Shown here: positions 1 through 10,334 of the stretch, in pieces | Position numbering within the stretch: position 1 is the first letter of the stretch | Layout: every line of letters begins with the position of its first letter | Made by a program: the position numbers and the translations under genes | The notes under the pieces: generated by a model | The model's database searches: none | What the model saw: only the letters and a program-made list of their open reading frames with translations | What the model was told of the DNA's origin: nothing | Source of the DNA: a virus | Length of the DNA: 64,000 nt | Virus record (IMG/VR): IMGVR_UViG_3300042317_001497 | Strand: one strand, 5' to 3'

Positions 1-1771
1 CATTAGGACCAGTACTTGTTTGTGTCATAACAATTGTGGTCAATTCATTTTTTAATTCTTCTATTTCCAACAAACACTCGCTTAAATTATCATAAATAGG
101 ATTCATTTCATCTTCTATAATATCTTTACCGTCTTTTTGCATTGTTAATCCTAAAGTTAAATTATCGAACCTAGGAAACAATAATACTTTATCTTCTAAG
201 TCTTTTCTTAAACCGTGATTAGCTTGTGCTGTCCAGTCTGCTTTAGCAAATTGTACTAGTTCTATAATGTGTAATCCTGGTTGAGAATCTGTATCTTTAG
301 TGGATGAGTCTTCTATAACTGGCCATATTAAATGCTCACCATCTTCGAGCTTGGCCGGGTCGTGTAGAGCCTCCTCTATTGCGACACCTCCTCCTTGAGC
401 ATCTATGCCTAGTCTGGCACAAGGAAAAGTTTTCATAAGATTACGAATTTTACGACAGCAAAATCCATAAAAATCATGGTCTTGTGCCAATCCTTTTTTA
501 AGTCTTTCTTTAAAATTATTTCTATTTGTTGTCCAGCAGTATACTAATCTATTATGATTTGGGTGAACTTCTATAATAGTAATACTAAAATTGTCCTGTT
601 CTGAGGCAGGGTCTACTCCGTATACATACGAGCAATTAGTATTTCCTTTAGTCGAAGCTTCAAAAAGAATGGTTTTATTATCTATCAGAATAGGATTAGT
701 ATCCGAAACAACACAGCTTTCTATCAAGCTTCGTCTAAAAAATCCCTCACTATCAGAAATAAAACAAGCAGCATACTCCATATTATATATTCCAGTATGT
801 ATAGTAGCTTTAGCTCTAGATACTTGTTTGTCATCCATGAATCCTTTTGGTATTAATTCATAAGGAACACGAATGATAGAATAGTCTTTCCAATTAAAAT
901 TATCCGGAATTTCTCCTTTAAAAATATCTTTTAGTTTCTGCTCGTCTCCTTTACTTTCTATAATACCTTTGTATCTTTTCCAATAATTGGCAAAGTGTTT
1001 AAAAGAGTAATCAGCTGTGCCAGAAATAATAGCCTGATTGCTCATTTTAATATTTAAAGATTCTAATTCATCATTCCATATTCCGGCATCTATCATCGCT
1101 TGTTTTTTTGCCTGATCTTTAACATTCTGAATAGGACTAGCAGATACAGCAGCGAATCCGGATACTACTGTTTCATAAATATCCGGACTAATAGAAGCAA
1201 ACTCATCAGCAATAATAATGTGCGCTCTTAATCCTCTAATTTTTGATCCATCTCCCAAAGGAATAGCAATCGTCCAACTATCTCCGAGTCTTATAGTACA
1301 TCTATCAACATCTCTTCGAGGTCCATCATCATTGCTATTAAAAATACTCCGTAAAATAGGGCTATTTCTCCATATTGTTTCCATATATTCAAATATAATT
1401 TTACTCTGTCTAAAAGCTGCACCAACTACTACTATTTTTGTACCGGGTACGAAAGTGCATTTAAGAACACAATATAAAGCCATCAGGAAAGACTTACCAA
1501 AACCACGGCTAGCTACGAACATAGGAAAAGATCTATGCCAAAACTCTTGCAATATTGCTATCTGGATAGGATGTAATTCTATATCGAAAAGAAGCTTAAC
1601 TGTACTTCCTATGTATTTTGTATTTCTCATAATCTTTAATAGATGAACATCAGGGTATGCTATATCCTGTTCAGATCTATTAATCATTAGATTATTAGGT
1701 ATTGCTAATGAATTAAGGTCTCCAAGACCTAGCCAAGCATTATCAAATATCTTTTTTTGTAAATCGCTCAA
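1..1771 (-). CDS. terL: Terminase large subunit (3' end runs off the window)
   Basis: Manual translation from TTG at 1771 is open to position 2: Walker A ASRGFGKS, motif IRGLRAHIIIADEF (Walker B), nuclease-domain YGVDPA and GIDAQGGG. Missing from the ORF track because it has no stop inside the window. Confidence 0.92.
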   Translation of the reverse strand, partial: MSDLQKKIFDNAWLGLGDLNSLAIPNNLMINRSEQDIAYPDVHLLKIMRNTKYIGSTVKLLFDIELHPIQIAILQEFWHRSFPMFVASRGFGKSFLMALYCVLKCTFVPGTKIVVVGAAFRQSKIIFEYMETIWRNSPILRSIFNSNDDGPRRDVDRCTIRLGDSWTIAIPLGDGSKIRGLRAHIIIADEFASISPDIYETVVSGFAAVSASPIQNVKDQAKKQAMIDAGIWNDELESLNIKMSNQAIISGTADYSFKHFANYWKRYKGIIESKGDEQKLKDIFKGEIPDNFNWKDYSIIRVPYELIPKGFMDDKQVSRAKATIHTGIYNMEYAACFISDSEGFFRRSLIESCVVSDTNPILIDNKTILFEASTKGNTNCSYVYGVDPASEQDNFSITIIEVHPNHNRLVYCWTTNRNNFKERLKKGLAQDHDFYGFCCRKIRNLMKTFPCARLGIDAQGGGVAIEEALHDPAKLEDGEHLIWPVIEDSSTKDTDSQPGLHIIELVQFAKADWTAQANHGLRKDLEDKVLLFPRFDNLTLGLTMQKDGKDIIEDEMNPIYDNLSECLLEIEELKNELTTIVMTQTSTGPN

Positions 1772-2222
1772 TGTAGTTCACCTTTTTAAGAATATGCTCT
1801 GCTATTTTTTGAGCATTAATTGCATTACCACAAAAAACAATTTTAATATTATGATTAATTTGTAATTCCAAAATGTGTTTGATAATAAATGCTGGAGATA
1901 TTTTAATTTTATCCCACATTCTTTTAGGCACTGTTGAGCCACGAGGATAGATTAATATGTCTTCTAAATCAAACTCTAATAATAAAAATGAATATTTAAG
2001 CTGGCTCATTCTTAATATTACATCTTTGAATCTACTTTCAACAATATTATTAGCAAATTCGCTGATACTTTTTTTTCTTTCAATGCCTAATAAATTCTCC
2101 AAGCCCTCTATGCTATAGTCTCCAGTATCTAGCTTTTTATTAGCAACAGAATATTCCGTAAATGTCCATGGTTGTTGTTCTCTTGTATCAACAATGATAG
2201 TAAAGTCATCATGTTTCGACAT
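1743..2222 (-). CDS. ERCC4-type nuclease domain protein
   Basis: IIVDTREQ, LDTGDYS and GIERK motifs of the ERCC4/XPF fold; start set at ATG 2222. Confidence 0.85.
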   Translation of the reverse strand: MSKHDDFTIIVDTREQQPWTFTEYSVANKKLDTGDYSIEGLENLLGIERKKSISEFANNIVESRFKDVILRMSQLKYSFLLLEFDLEDILIYPRGSTVPKRMWDKIKISPAFIIKHILELQINHNIKIVFCGNAINAQKIAEHILKKVNYIERFTKKDI

Positions 2223-2799
2223 TAACCACACTTTCTTTGGCTAGTAATCTTCTGGAAGTTTTGATAGCTTTTTTTACCATAGCTCTAGCTACCATATCTA
2301 TAAAAGGCAGATTTCTTTTTGTTGATTCGTCTTTGAGCCAACCAATAATAGTATCCATATTTTGTTCACACCAATCTGGTCCTTTAATATTCATATTAAT
2401 AGCATTTTGCCTACAAGAGCAATTAGGAGTAGGATTAATACCAAGAGTTTTTAACATGCCCGATAAAACAGATCCTGGTCCGTTAGGATGTTGCTCCATA
2501 GTAACCGGAAACTTGTTTTGAAGATAAGTCTGGGGATCTTTACCCATCTGAATTTTAACTATAGCTTCTGCCTGTTCTTGGGTCCAGTCTCCAGCATCAT
2601 CATAGGATTGTGCAGAAAAAATTAGAAAATTTAGGGGTAAAGACTCTGAGTTTGCTACTACAGTTTTCCTTTGAGGATTATCAATATAAACCAAATCTAA
2701 TGAGGTTAGAACTTTGGGTTCTGGAGTTATAACCTTATTTGTTGTGGGGTTGGTATATGGGGGCTGCTTTATAGTGATTGGGGGGTCAAAAGTGATCAT
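2209..2799 (-). CDS. Hypothetical protein with a Cys-containing C-terminal region (NCSC...WC)
   Basis: ORF track; overlaps both neighbours in the operon. Confidence 0.6.
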   Translation of the reverse strand: MITFDPPITIKQPPYTNPTTNKVITPEPKVLTSLDLVYIDNPQRKTVVANSESLPLNFLIFSAQSYDDAGDWTQEQAEAIVKIQMGKDPQTYLQNKFPVTMEQHPNGPGSVLSGMLKTLGINPTPNCSCRQNAINMNIKGPDWCEQNMDTIIGWLKDESTKRNLPFIDMVARAMVKKAIKTSRRLLAKESVVNVET

Positions 2800-3062
2800 T
2801 TTTTATCCTTTAACAATATCATTAAAAATGAAAAACTATATTCTTCTTCCATACCTTTAATAAGGTCATGATGAGCTTTACACAAGGTTATACCATTATT
2901 TGGATCAAATCTTAATCCTGGAAAACCGGCCCAAGTTTTTATATGATGAGCATTTAATCTTTTTTTACTATTACAATTAGGCCATCTACACTGAAATTTA
3001 TCTCTAGTATAAACTTGTTTACGCCACTTCTTATATTGGGGATCATCAAAATTACGACGCAT
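2796..3062 (-). CDS. HNH endonuclease
   Basis: WRKQVYTRDKFQC..C, AHHIK, NGITLCKAHH. Confidence 0.88.
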   Translation of the reverse strand: MRRNFDDPQYKKWRKQVYTRDKFQCRWPNCNSKKRLNAHHIKTWAGFPGLRFDPNNGITLCKAHHDLIKGMEEEYSFSFLMILLKDKK

Positions 3063-4053
3063 TTTTATATACTCTTATATCACTACTAACCATATCTTCT
3101 ACTAGAGCATCAAAAGAAATTGATGGTTGCCAATTAAGTTTATTTTTTGCTTTAGAAGAATCTCCTTTAAGGTAGTCTACTTCACAAGGACGATAAAAAG
3201 CAGGATCAATAGCTATATGGTCTAAATAATTTAAGTTGACTAAACTAAAAGCTTTATTTAAAAATTCTTCCACAGAATATGTGTGACCTGTTGATAATAT
3301 ATAATCATCCGGTTCTTGTTTTTGCAACATTAAATACATACCATAAACATAGTCTTTCGCATGGCCCCAGTCTCTTTTGGCTCTAATATTTCCTAGTTTT
3401 AATTTTTCGTTTTTATCAATTTTGTTATTTACTAATTGACCGATATACTTGGTAATTTTTCTAGTAACAAAGTTTTCGCCACGACGAGGACTTTCATGAT
3501 TAAAGAGTATACCCGAACAAGCATATAAACTATAAGATGTTCTATAAATATAAACCATATGATGAGAAGCTAGCTTAGATGCTCCATATGGACTTTGAGG
3601 TAGCATAGCCGTTAATTCATTTTGGAACTTGGTATGATTTTCATTTACTGAATAATTTCTCCCAAACATTTCGCTGGTGCTGGCCTGATAAAATTTAGTT
3701 GATGGAGATAATAATCTTATAGCTTCTAGTAGATTGGTAACTCCCAAAGTGTTGATACTAAAAGTTGTTAGGGGCTGACTAAAACTGGTACCAACATGGC
3801 TTTGTGCAGCAAGATTGTAAACTTCATCAGGTTTGTGCTGGTCTATAACTCTTGAGCATCCACTAGGATCTGTAATATCAAATTCTTCTAAAATAAAATT
3901 TGGTTTATCTATTAGATGATTAATACGACTAAAATTATTAGAACTACATCGTCTATGTAAGCCTACTACTATATAGTCTTTTTCTAATAGTAGATCGGCC
4001 AGATATGAACCGTCTTGTCCTGTGACTCCTGTTATTATAGCTTTTTTACTCAT
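3052..4053 (-). CDS. gmd: GDP-mannose 4,6-dehydratase
   Basis: ITGVTGQDGSYLA, YNLAAQSHV, YQASTSEMFG, SPYGASK, GILFNHESPRRGENFVTRKI, RDWGHAKDYV. Confidence 0.96.
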   Translation of the reverse strand: MSKKAIITGVTGQDGSYLADLLLEKDYIVVGLHRRCSSNNFSRINHLIDKPNFILEEFDITDPSGCSRVIDQHKPDEVYNLAAQSHVGTSFSQPLTTFSINTLGVTNLLEAIRLLSPSTKFYQASTSEMFGRNYSVNENHTKFQNELTAMLPQSPYGASKLASHHMVYIYRTSYSLYACSGILFNHESPRRGENFVTRKITKYIGQLVNNKIDKNEKLKLGNIRAKRDWGHAKDYVYGMYLMLQKQEPDDYILSTGHTYSVEEFLNKAFSLVNLNYLDHIAIDPAFYRPCEVDYLKGDSSKAKNKLNWQPSISFDALVEDMVSSDIRVYKNAS

Positions 4054-4876
4054 TATTTTCCTCTAATACAGACTCTGGAGTTAAAAATGGCTTATCTATT
4101 ATATTATCTTCATAGGTATGGTATTCTTGTAGTTTGCTTTTACTTTTTTCAGTAGCTAATGACAAAATCTCCATTTCTCGTCCTTCTTTTTCTCTGATAG
4201 TTTCGTCTTCTAACATTCGTATTAAGCCTGTCCAGCTACTTTTCCCGTCCTCTATTCTTTTGATTCTTTGCTCTCTGGTAGCTTTTAAATCTTTACTAAT
4301 CTTCTGCTGCTCATTTAATAGTTTAGTATATTCATTAGTATAGTTAGCAATACTATTTCGTGCAAAACTTAATTGAGTTTCCATATTAGCAAGTTTGGGA
4401 ATGTCTCTGTCAGTTTCTACTTTTTCATATTCTTTGTCTACTAGTTTTTGTAATTTATCAGTTTCAGCAATATGTCTTTTTCTTTCTTTCATACTTCGAT
4501 TAATAAGAATATCTATAGTGATAAACTGTTTAATCTGAAGCTCTTCTGCTGGTAAAACGTCTTCACGAAACTGTTTAATAAGTCCAATCCAGGTATCTTC
4601 AAAATACGCTCTTTCTCCGTTATCATCATCAAACTGTCTGGTTATTTCGGGCCAAAATGTTTTGCTGTGTAATTTTTGTTTTAAAAATTCTTGGGTGCTT
4701 TTATCACTATCTGATATTAATAGTTTATTTTCTGTAATATATCTTTGAACAGGGGCGGTACTTCTATTTAGTGATGAAGCTATTTGTTCTACTGATAGCG
4801 AACCAAAATTTTCCCTTATATATTGTTCTTCATCTAAGCTTAATTGTCCTCTTTTTTTGGGGGCTGAATTTCCCAT
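4046..4876 (-). CDS. Hypothetical protein, N-terminal HTH-like region plus coiled coil (possible small terminase or DNA-binding protein)
   Basis: LSVEQIASSLNRSTAPVQRYI is HTH-like; long heptad-rich segment; lies upstream of terL. Function is inference. Confidence 0.5.
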   Translation of the reverse strand: MGNSAPKKRGQLSLDEEQYIRENFGSLSVEQIASSLNRSTAPVQRYITENKLLISDSDKSTQEFLKQKLHSKTFWPEITRQFDDDNGERAYFEDTWIGLIKQFREDVLPAEELQIKQFITIDILINRSMKERKRHIAETDKLQKLVDKEYEKVETDRDIPKLANMETQLSFARNSIANYTNEYTKLLNEQQKISKDLKATREQRIKRIEDGKSSWTGLIRMLEDETIREKEGREMEILSLATEKSKSKLQEYHTYEDNIIDKPFLTPESVLEENNE

Positions 4877-5502
4877 TTTTTATTCTCCATTAATTGCGCA
4901 ATATGTTTTTGTAGTTTTATTAGTTGTTGTTTTGGAATATTGGAGCCGTGTTTTAATTTTAAATATGACTCTCTAAATTCTGACTGAATATTTTCATCTA
5001 AAAAAGATATAATTTCTTTATTCTGAATAAAATTGGTAGAATCAGATATTTGTAAATTAGGAATGGATAAATCTTGATCAATATGGGACGGTTGCATAAT
5101 GTTCTTTTTAGCTTCGTTTCTATTGGCCCATGCTGCATAAGGGGCACAATCATCTTTGTTTAAATATTTTGAACATTGATTGGTAGAACAAGCATAATTT
5201 TTATCAAATAGTGGACATGTTATGCAAGGTTTGTCGGGCCTTTGATAGTTATTTCTTTTGAAATTAAATAGTCTATTTCTCACATGGGTCCATAAAAAGT
5301 TTTCCAAGGGGCGACTACGATCATATTTTTGCAAACCTTCCATAGCAAATATGGCGGCTTGTTGTTTCATATCATCAAAATCATGGTATCCGAAACGAAA
5401 TTTATAACCCAATCTTTTGCTAATATTATCCAATACTATTAAAAATTCATCTTCAGTAACACCATTTGGTAAAATATCTTTATTCTTTTTCTTCTTGCTC
5501 AT
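4840..5502 (-). CDS. RNA polymerase sigma-70-like factor (region 2) with a Cys-rich insertion
   Basis: DFDDMKQQAAIFAMEGLQKYDRSRPLENFLWTHVRNRLFNFKR resembles sigma region 2; followed by CITC...C...C...C. Confidence 0.75.
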   Translation of the reverse strand: MSKKKKNKDILPNGVTEDEFLIVLDNISKRLGYKFRFGYHDFDDMKQQAAIFAMEGLQKYDRSRPLENFLWTHVRNRLFNFKRNNYQRPDKPCITCPLFDKNYACSTNQCSKYLNKDDCAPYAAWANRNEAKKNIMQPSHIDQDLSIPNLQISDSTNFIQNKEIISFLDENIQSEFRESYLKLKHGSNIPKQQLIKLQKHIAQLMENKKWEIQPPKKEDN

Positions 5503-5626
5503 TTATTAAACTGGCTATAGTTTTTCCTTCTGGTAATTTTAATTCTTCCTGAATATCTTCAGATAAAGATCCTGATGCTTTGACGATTAAAACGGAGTCT
5601 ATTAAATTAAATTCATCGTTTTTCAT
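5480..5626 (-). CDS. Small hypothetical protein (48 aa)
   Basis: Manual: MKNDEFNLIDSVLIVKASG...EEKE* with AAGGAGA RBS upstream. Confidence 0.55.
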   Translation of the reverse strand: MKNDEFNLIDSVLIVKASGSLSEDIQEELKLPEGKTIASLINEQEEKE

Positions 5627-5715
5627 AAGATCTCCTTGCGCAAAACTTATCAATACACTAATATAGTAGTGTTGATGGCTTTTTAGTCAATATAAATTTA
5701 TATACTGGAGGAATT

Positions 5716-5937
5716 ATGGCTAATTATAAGAAGTGGACTAGTGCAGAAACCGACTTTATTGGTAAAAATCATAATCTAATTTGTGATGAGGTTTTAGCAT
5801 CTAAGTTAAGTGAGATGACAGGACAAACTATAACAACAGCTATGGTTCGTCGTCAAAGAAGAAAATTAAGTTTAAAGAAGCCTCGTGGTCGTCCTTCCAA
5901 AATTAAAACATTTGAAGCTAATGGAGAAAATCTATAA
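5716..5937 (+). CDS. Small HTH-like DNA-binding protein with AT-hook-like PRGRP
   Basis: GGAGG RBS; KWTSAETDFI...LASKLSEM...KKPRGRPSK. Confidence 0.6.
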   Translation: MANYKKWTSAETDFIGKNHNLICDEVLASKLSEMTGQTITTAMVRRQRRKLSLKKPRGRPSKIKTFEANGENL

Positions 5938-6248
5938 TGAATAAATTATTCAATAGTTTTTGTATTCTGTTGGTGGTATTTTGTAGTATGGGAGCTGGTC
6001 CATGTTGGATAAAGTATAATCATGCTACTATTCAACCAGTTCCAGTGGTAGTTTATCCACCATATTTTCTTTATGGAAATCAATATATTCCTGTTATTGT
6101 GCAGCAACAGAGGTTTGTTCCTGTGGTGGAGAATAGGATAGAGTATAGACCGGTGGTTGGCCAGTTTTTTATGAATTATTCTCATTACTATAGTTATCCA
6201 CAGAATTATGGTTATTACTATACTAATTGGAATGAATATAATTATTAA
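5937..6248 (+). CDS. Hypothetical secreted Tyr/Pro-rich protein
   Basis: Hydrophobic N-terminus; stop-start coupled to the upstream ORF. Confidence 0.55.
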   Translation: MNKLFNSFCILLVVFCSMGAGPCWIKYNHATIQPVPVVVYPPYFLYGNQYIPVIVQQQRFVPVVENRIEYRPVVGQFFMNYSHYYSYPQNYGYYYTNWNEYNY

Positions 6249-6280
6249 TCTATAACAATAAACTAGCACAATAAGAAAAG

Positions 6281-6311
6281 GAGACAAGCAGAAGTGTTTG
6301 TCTCTTTTTTT
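6281..6311 (+). terminator. Intrinsic terminator
   Basis: GAGACAAGCA-GAAG-TGTTTGTCTC followed by a T tract. Confidence 0.7.
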
Positions 6312-6393
6312 ATACACACCCTTGATCTTGTGGCGACGCCGGGTATAAACCACTATATGTTGTGACTGGATTCTCAACCCGAAAGGACTCGAT

Positions 6394-7605
6394 ATGAAAC
6401 AACACGTTTTATCCTTAGAGAACCTAGAATCTAGAACTGTTTTGTCTAGTGTGGTAGCAATCGTTGATAGTGGTGCAGATATTAGTCATCCTTATCTGTC
6501 TGATAGATTGTGGACCAATCCTGGAGAGATTGCTGGCGATAATGTTGATAATGATAATAATGGATATGTTGATGATATTCATGGGTGGAATTTTGTAGAT
6601 AATAATAATAATGTGAGTGATGGGTATGGTCATGGTACAGCTGTAGCAGGATTAATTGTTTCAAATAATACTAGTAGTATCATGGTGTTGAGATTTCAAA
6701 ATAATCAGGGACTGGGATTTACTGGAGAAGCTATAAAAGCTATAGAATATGCGACATTAATGAAAAAAGAATATGGAGTTAATGTGAGTGCTATTAATGC
6801 TAGTTGGGGTGGGGGATTAGGATATTCTAGTTTATTGTATGCTGCTATCAATAATGCTGGAATTAATGATATAGCTTTTGTGGTTGCTGCTGGTAATAGT
6901 GGCTCTGATACTGATGCTGTTCCACGATATCCTGGATCTTATGATAGCTCTAATATTATTAATGTTGCGGCGGTGACTGATCAGAATTATTTGACCTCAT
7001 ATTCTAATTATGGAAAAAAGAGTGTAGATTTGGGGGCTCCTGCTAATGGGGTAAATACTACTTTTCCTAATAATACTTATAGATATTTTGCTGGTACTAG
7101 TGCTGCTGCTCCTAGAGTATCTAGTGCTGTGGGATATTTAAAATCTCAGAATCCTTCATGGAATATTGATGAAGTTAAAAGTTATATATTTAGTACTGTA
7201 GAAAAAAATAATAGTTTAGCAGATAGGTCGGTAAGTGGTGGGGTCTTGAATAAGAGTCTGGTTTTTAATGTTTCACAACCCATAAAGACTCCGGTTTCTA
7301 TTAGTATGCCGGTGATTAGTACTCCTATAGGAAATGTGGAAATTTTATCCTTAAAAAGAATTAAGGGATGGGCTTTTAGTGAAAATAGGGGAAACAAGTC
7401 TGTGGTGGTTAGTGTGGTTATAAATGATGTGGTGGTAAAAAGTGGTACTGCTAATGGTTATAGGGGGGATTTGAGAAAAGTTTTAGGTTCTAGTTACCAT
7501 GGATTTAATATGAAGCTAGCTCCTAGGTGGTTTAAGAGCGGGGAGAATAGTGTTAGGGTGGTTGTGGACGGTAACTCTATATGGAGTGGTAAAGTTTATA
7601 AATAG
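6394..7605 (+). CDS. Subtilisin-like S8 serine protease with planctomycete-type N-terminal export motif
   Basis: Triad AIVDSG / HGTAVAG / GTSAAAP, oxyanion AAGNSG; N-terminal LENLESRTVLS. Confidence 0.93.
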   Translation: MKQHVLSLENLESRTVLSSVVAIVDSGADISHPYLSDRLWTNPGEIAGDNVDNDNNGYVDDIHGWNFVDNNNNVSDGYGHGTAVAGLIVSNNTSSIMVLRFQNNQGLGFTGEAIKAIEYATLMKKEYGVNVSAINASWGGGLGYSSLLYAAINNAGINDIAFVVAAGNSGSDTDAVPRYPGSYDSSNIINVAAVTDQNYLTSYSNYGKKSVDLGAPANGVNTTFPNNTYRYFAGTSAAAPRVSSAVGYLKSQNPSWNIDEVKSYIFSTVEKNNSLADRSVSGGVLNKSLVFNVSQPIKTPVSISMPVISTPIGNVEILSLKRIKGWAFSENRGNKSVVVSVVINDVVVKSGTANGYRGDLRKVLGSSYHGFNMKLAPRWFKSGENSVRVVVDGNSIWSGKVYK

Positions 7606-7716
7606 TGGCTATTAAACTGGCTAATTATTTTATAGGGCCTGGACTATGTATGGACCACCCCAGGATTTGCGGAAATTCTGATGATATGATAAGTAAAACA
7701 AAAAAACCCCCTCTTC

Positions 7717-7798
7717 CCTAAACCTATGTGGCATAACAACTTAGGATCATTATACTCCGCAAAATTTTATGTAACTCCTTATGCCACAAGGATTTATG
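7717..7798. repeat. 82 bp paired-palindrome element, copy 1
   Basis: cctaaacctat-gtggcat-aacaacttagg / 24 nt / tgtaactcctt-atgccac-aaggatttatg. Confidence 0.85.
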
Positions 7799-7947
7799 AT
7801 GATTTTTGACGCAAAGACCGTGCTGCAAAAATTTTTCTCATTTGGCATGAAATTATATTCGAAAAATTGCAAAGATTTCTCTTGAAAGCGTCGATAAATA
7901 CTGTATAATTAAAGCACAAAGAGAACGATAACGCAAAGGACAAGAAA

Positions 7948-8377
7948 ATGAACAACAACGAAATCAAGCTGGGAGATGTGGTGGTGTGGAACTTTGTGTT
8001 TGACGTTCCGGAAGAGGATGGTGTTGTTGTAGGGTTGGACGGGGATAAAGTTCAAGTTGAGTATGTTGGATACATAATTGGTGGTGGTTCTAAGGTATGT
8101 CGGGAATGGCTGAACGTTGACGAAATCATGCTGGAATCGGAATACAATTCGCAGGTTTTCTAAGGTATTGACAAACACTTAGCCGATAAACTATAATAGA
8201 ATCAACACAAGAGAAAAAGGAAAAGAAATGACCATTCAAGTACAACACACCATTCGCCGCCTAGTTGCACATCATGGATATTCCGCAACATTTGTTCAGC
8301 ATATGGGCGAAGGCATTAGCCTCTATAGCATTGGTGGAATTATGTATCGTATTCGTGGCGATGGTACGATTCTCTAA
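7948..8377 (+). CDS. Two small hypothetical ORFs (7948-8163, 8228-8377)
   Basis: Each follows a TTGAAA/TTGACA...TATAAT promoter and a purine-rich leader; the second (49 aa) was translated manually. Confidence 0.65.
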
Positions 8378-8384
8378 AACTTGA

Positions 8385-8466
8385 CGTAAACTCTTACTGC
8401 TAAACGACTTACGACGAACGCGGCCGCAAAAATTTGCTGTAAGTACTTACCATATATAGACTTAGG
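8385..8466. repeat. 82 bp element, copy 2
   Basis: cgtaaactctt-actgcta-aacgacttacg / 24 nt / tgtaagtactt-accatat-atagacttagg. Confidence 0.9.
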
Positions 8467-8608
8467 GCTAATATAATGTTTAAGAGAAAATATTCTTTTG
8501 TTTTGGCATGAAATTATATTTGAAAAATTCCAAAAATTTCGCTTGCAACCTAAAGAATACTCTGTATAATGTCGATATAAGAGAAAAGGGAACGATAAAG
8601 AAAAGGGA

Positions 8609-9492
8609 ATGAAAATGATCACGCTGAACACTGTTGCTGAACTGACCAACTTCCTGAACAACAACGATATGCCCTCTCTGGTTGGAGAGGTTGTTTTCGC
8701 TGGTGATCTTCTCAGCCATGTTCGATCTCTCAACAATGCCATCAGTATCGACGAGGAAATCGGGTTTTGCGATGATGGTGGGGAGATTGTGATTGACGAT
8801 AACGGTAACGTTGTGAGCGATATGTATCTTCCGTAAGGGTATTGACAAGCAAAAATTGATAGGTATAATAGGAAGAAAGAAAGAGAGAAAGAAAATGCAG
8901 TTTGCTCTTGGTGATAAGGTGAAGGTTGACGGTAGGCTTGGACAGATCATTCTCTGGCATTTCGATGAGGGGAATATCTGGCACGTTGAGATTGACGGGG
9001 ATGAGTATGAGTGCTACGATGAGGATATGGAATTGATTTCCTAAAGAGGTAATAAGAATGTTTCTCACGTTTGACGATTTTTTGTTGTTGGGTGGTTTGC
9101 TCAGTTTTTGTGCTTTTATCACCTATACTGTGCATGAGGTGGGTAACGCTATCCGTTCTATGCTGGACATGGACAACTAAGCAAAGGAAAAGAAGATGAA
9201 TCACTGTGAAGCTGTTAAGATGGTGAAGGGAAAGGGTAATAAGAATACCCGTAAGGTGGGCAACAATACCTATGCGGAAATTCTTCCTGATGGTAGCGTG
9301 GGCATTATGCTACATAGTACCTATGTTGTTAAAATTCATCCCGACAATAGTGCTACCCTCAATACTGGGGGATGGTATACTAGCACCACGAAGGATCGAA
9401 TCAACAAGTATTCGCCCGTGCGTGTGTATCAAAAAAGGGGTGAATGGTATCTGAACAACGGTACACCATATGAGGATGGTATGGTGGTGTGA
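8609..9492 (+). CDS. Small hypothetical ORFs (8609-8836, 8895-9044, 9196-9492)
   Basis: ORF track plus purine-rich leaders; 9196-9492 carries GGWYTSTTKDRIN, a motif typical of a conserved phage family. Confidence 0.65.
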
Positions 9493-9522
9493 ACATCTGT
9501 ACGCTACTATACAAAAAATAGA

Positions 9523-9604
9523 CGTAAAGCCTTGACCCTAAACGACTTAGGGCGAGGCGGGCCGGCCCGGCTCGACGTAAGTACTTATGCCACAAGGGTT
9601 TATG
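9523..9604. repeat. 82 bp element, copy 3
   Basis: cgtaaagcctt-gacccta-aacgacttagg / 24 nt / cgtaagtactt-atgccac-aagggtttatg. Confidence 0.9.
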
Positions 9605-9734
9605 GCAAGTTTTGACGCAAGTGCTGTGCCACAAAATATTTTCTCATTTGGCATGAAATTATATTTGAAATTTCTCAAGATTTTGCTTGAAAGCGTCGAA
9701 TATATCTGTATAATGAAAGCACAGGAGAAAAACG

Positions 9735-9908
9735 ATGGAAAAGATGATTGACGAAAACGGCGAAGAATGGGTCGTGGGTTATGGAGAGGATGACGTTATG
9801 GATTTCGACGATTATTCGTGGGATCCGATCATGGGTGATGCCGATGAGCACATCGAAACGGACGATGAGTGGCTGGACGATTTTCAGGGTGAAGAAGAAT
9901 TTGCTTGA
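9735..9908 (+). CDS. Very acidic microprotein (57 aa)
   Basis: Manual: MEKMIDENGEEWVVGYGEDDVMDFDDYSWDPIMGDADEHIETDDEWLDDFQGEEEFA*; AGGAG RBS. Confidence 0.65.
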   Translation: MEKMIDENGEEWVVGYGEDDVMDFDDYSWDPIMGDADEHIETDDEWLDDFQGEEEFA

Positions 9909-10157
9909 AAGGAAAATGGTATGCTAGGGGCTATCCTGTTCGTGCTTTCATACATTGGACTTTTTTACGTTTGCGTGACTTGCAAGGAATAAAAAGGTAT
10001 AAGAATGAAAAACTGGATCTGCTACAATTTGTTTGGTGAGCATCCCGATGATGTGGACGCTTTCGGAATGATTAGTGGCTTGGGTATTCAAGCGTTTCTA
10101 ATCGGTTGGGCCGTCTATCTTTTTGTTTACGTTCCCTTCTTTTACTTTGGATGAAAA

Positions 10158-10334
10158 ATGAATATCTCTCAACTAAGCAAATGTACAGTACAAACCGCTT
10201 TAAGGATTGAGCAAATTCGTTTGCAATATGCTTTGAGCGAATCGGATAAAGAAAATATTAAAAATAGTATTAAGGAATTGTGTGCTGAACTACTGTATAG
10301 GTGGAAAAACGAGTTGCAAAACCTTAGCCCATAA
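10158..10334 (+). CDS. Hypothetical protein (58 aa); stop codon lies inside element copy 4
   Basis: Manual translation MNISQLSK...ELQNLSP*. Confidence 0.55.
   Translation: MNISQLSKCTVQTALRIEQIRLQYALSESDKENIKNSIKELCAELLYRWKNELQNLSP

Noticed and set aside
591-1646. Plus-strand ORFs 591-863 and 1218-1646
   Set aside because: They lie opposite the continuous terminase frame.
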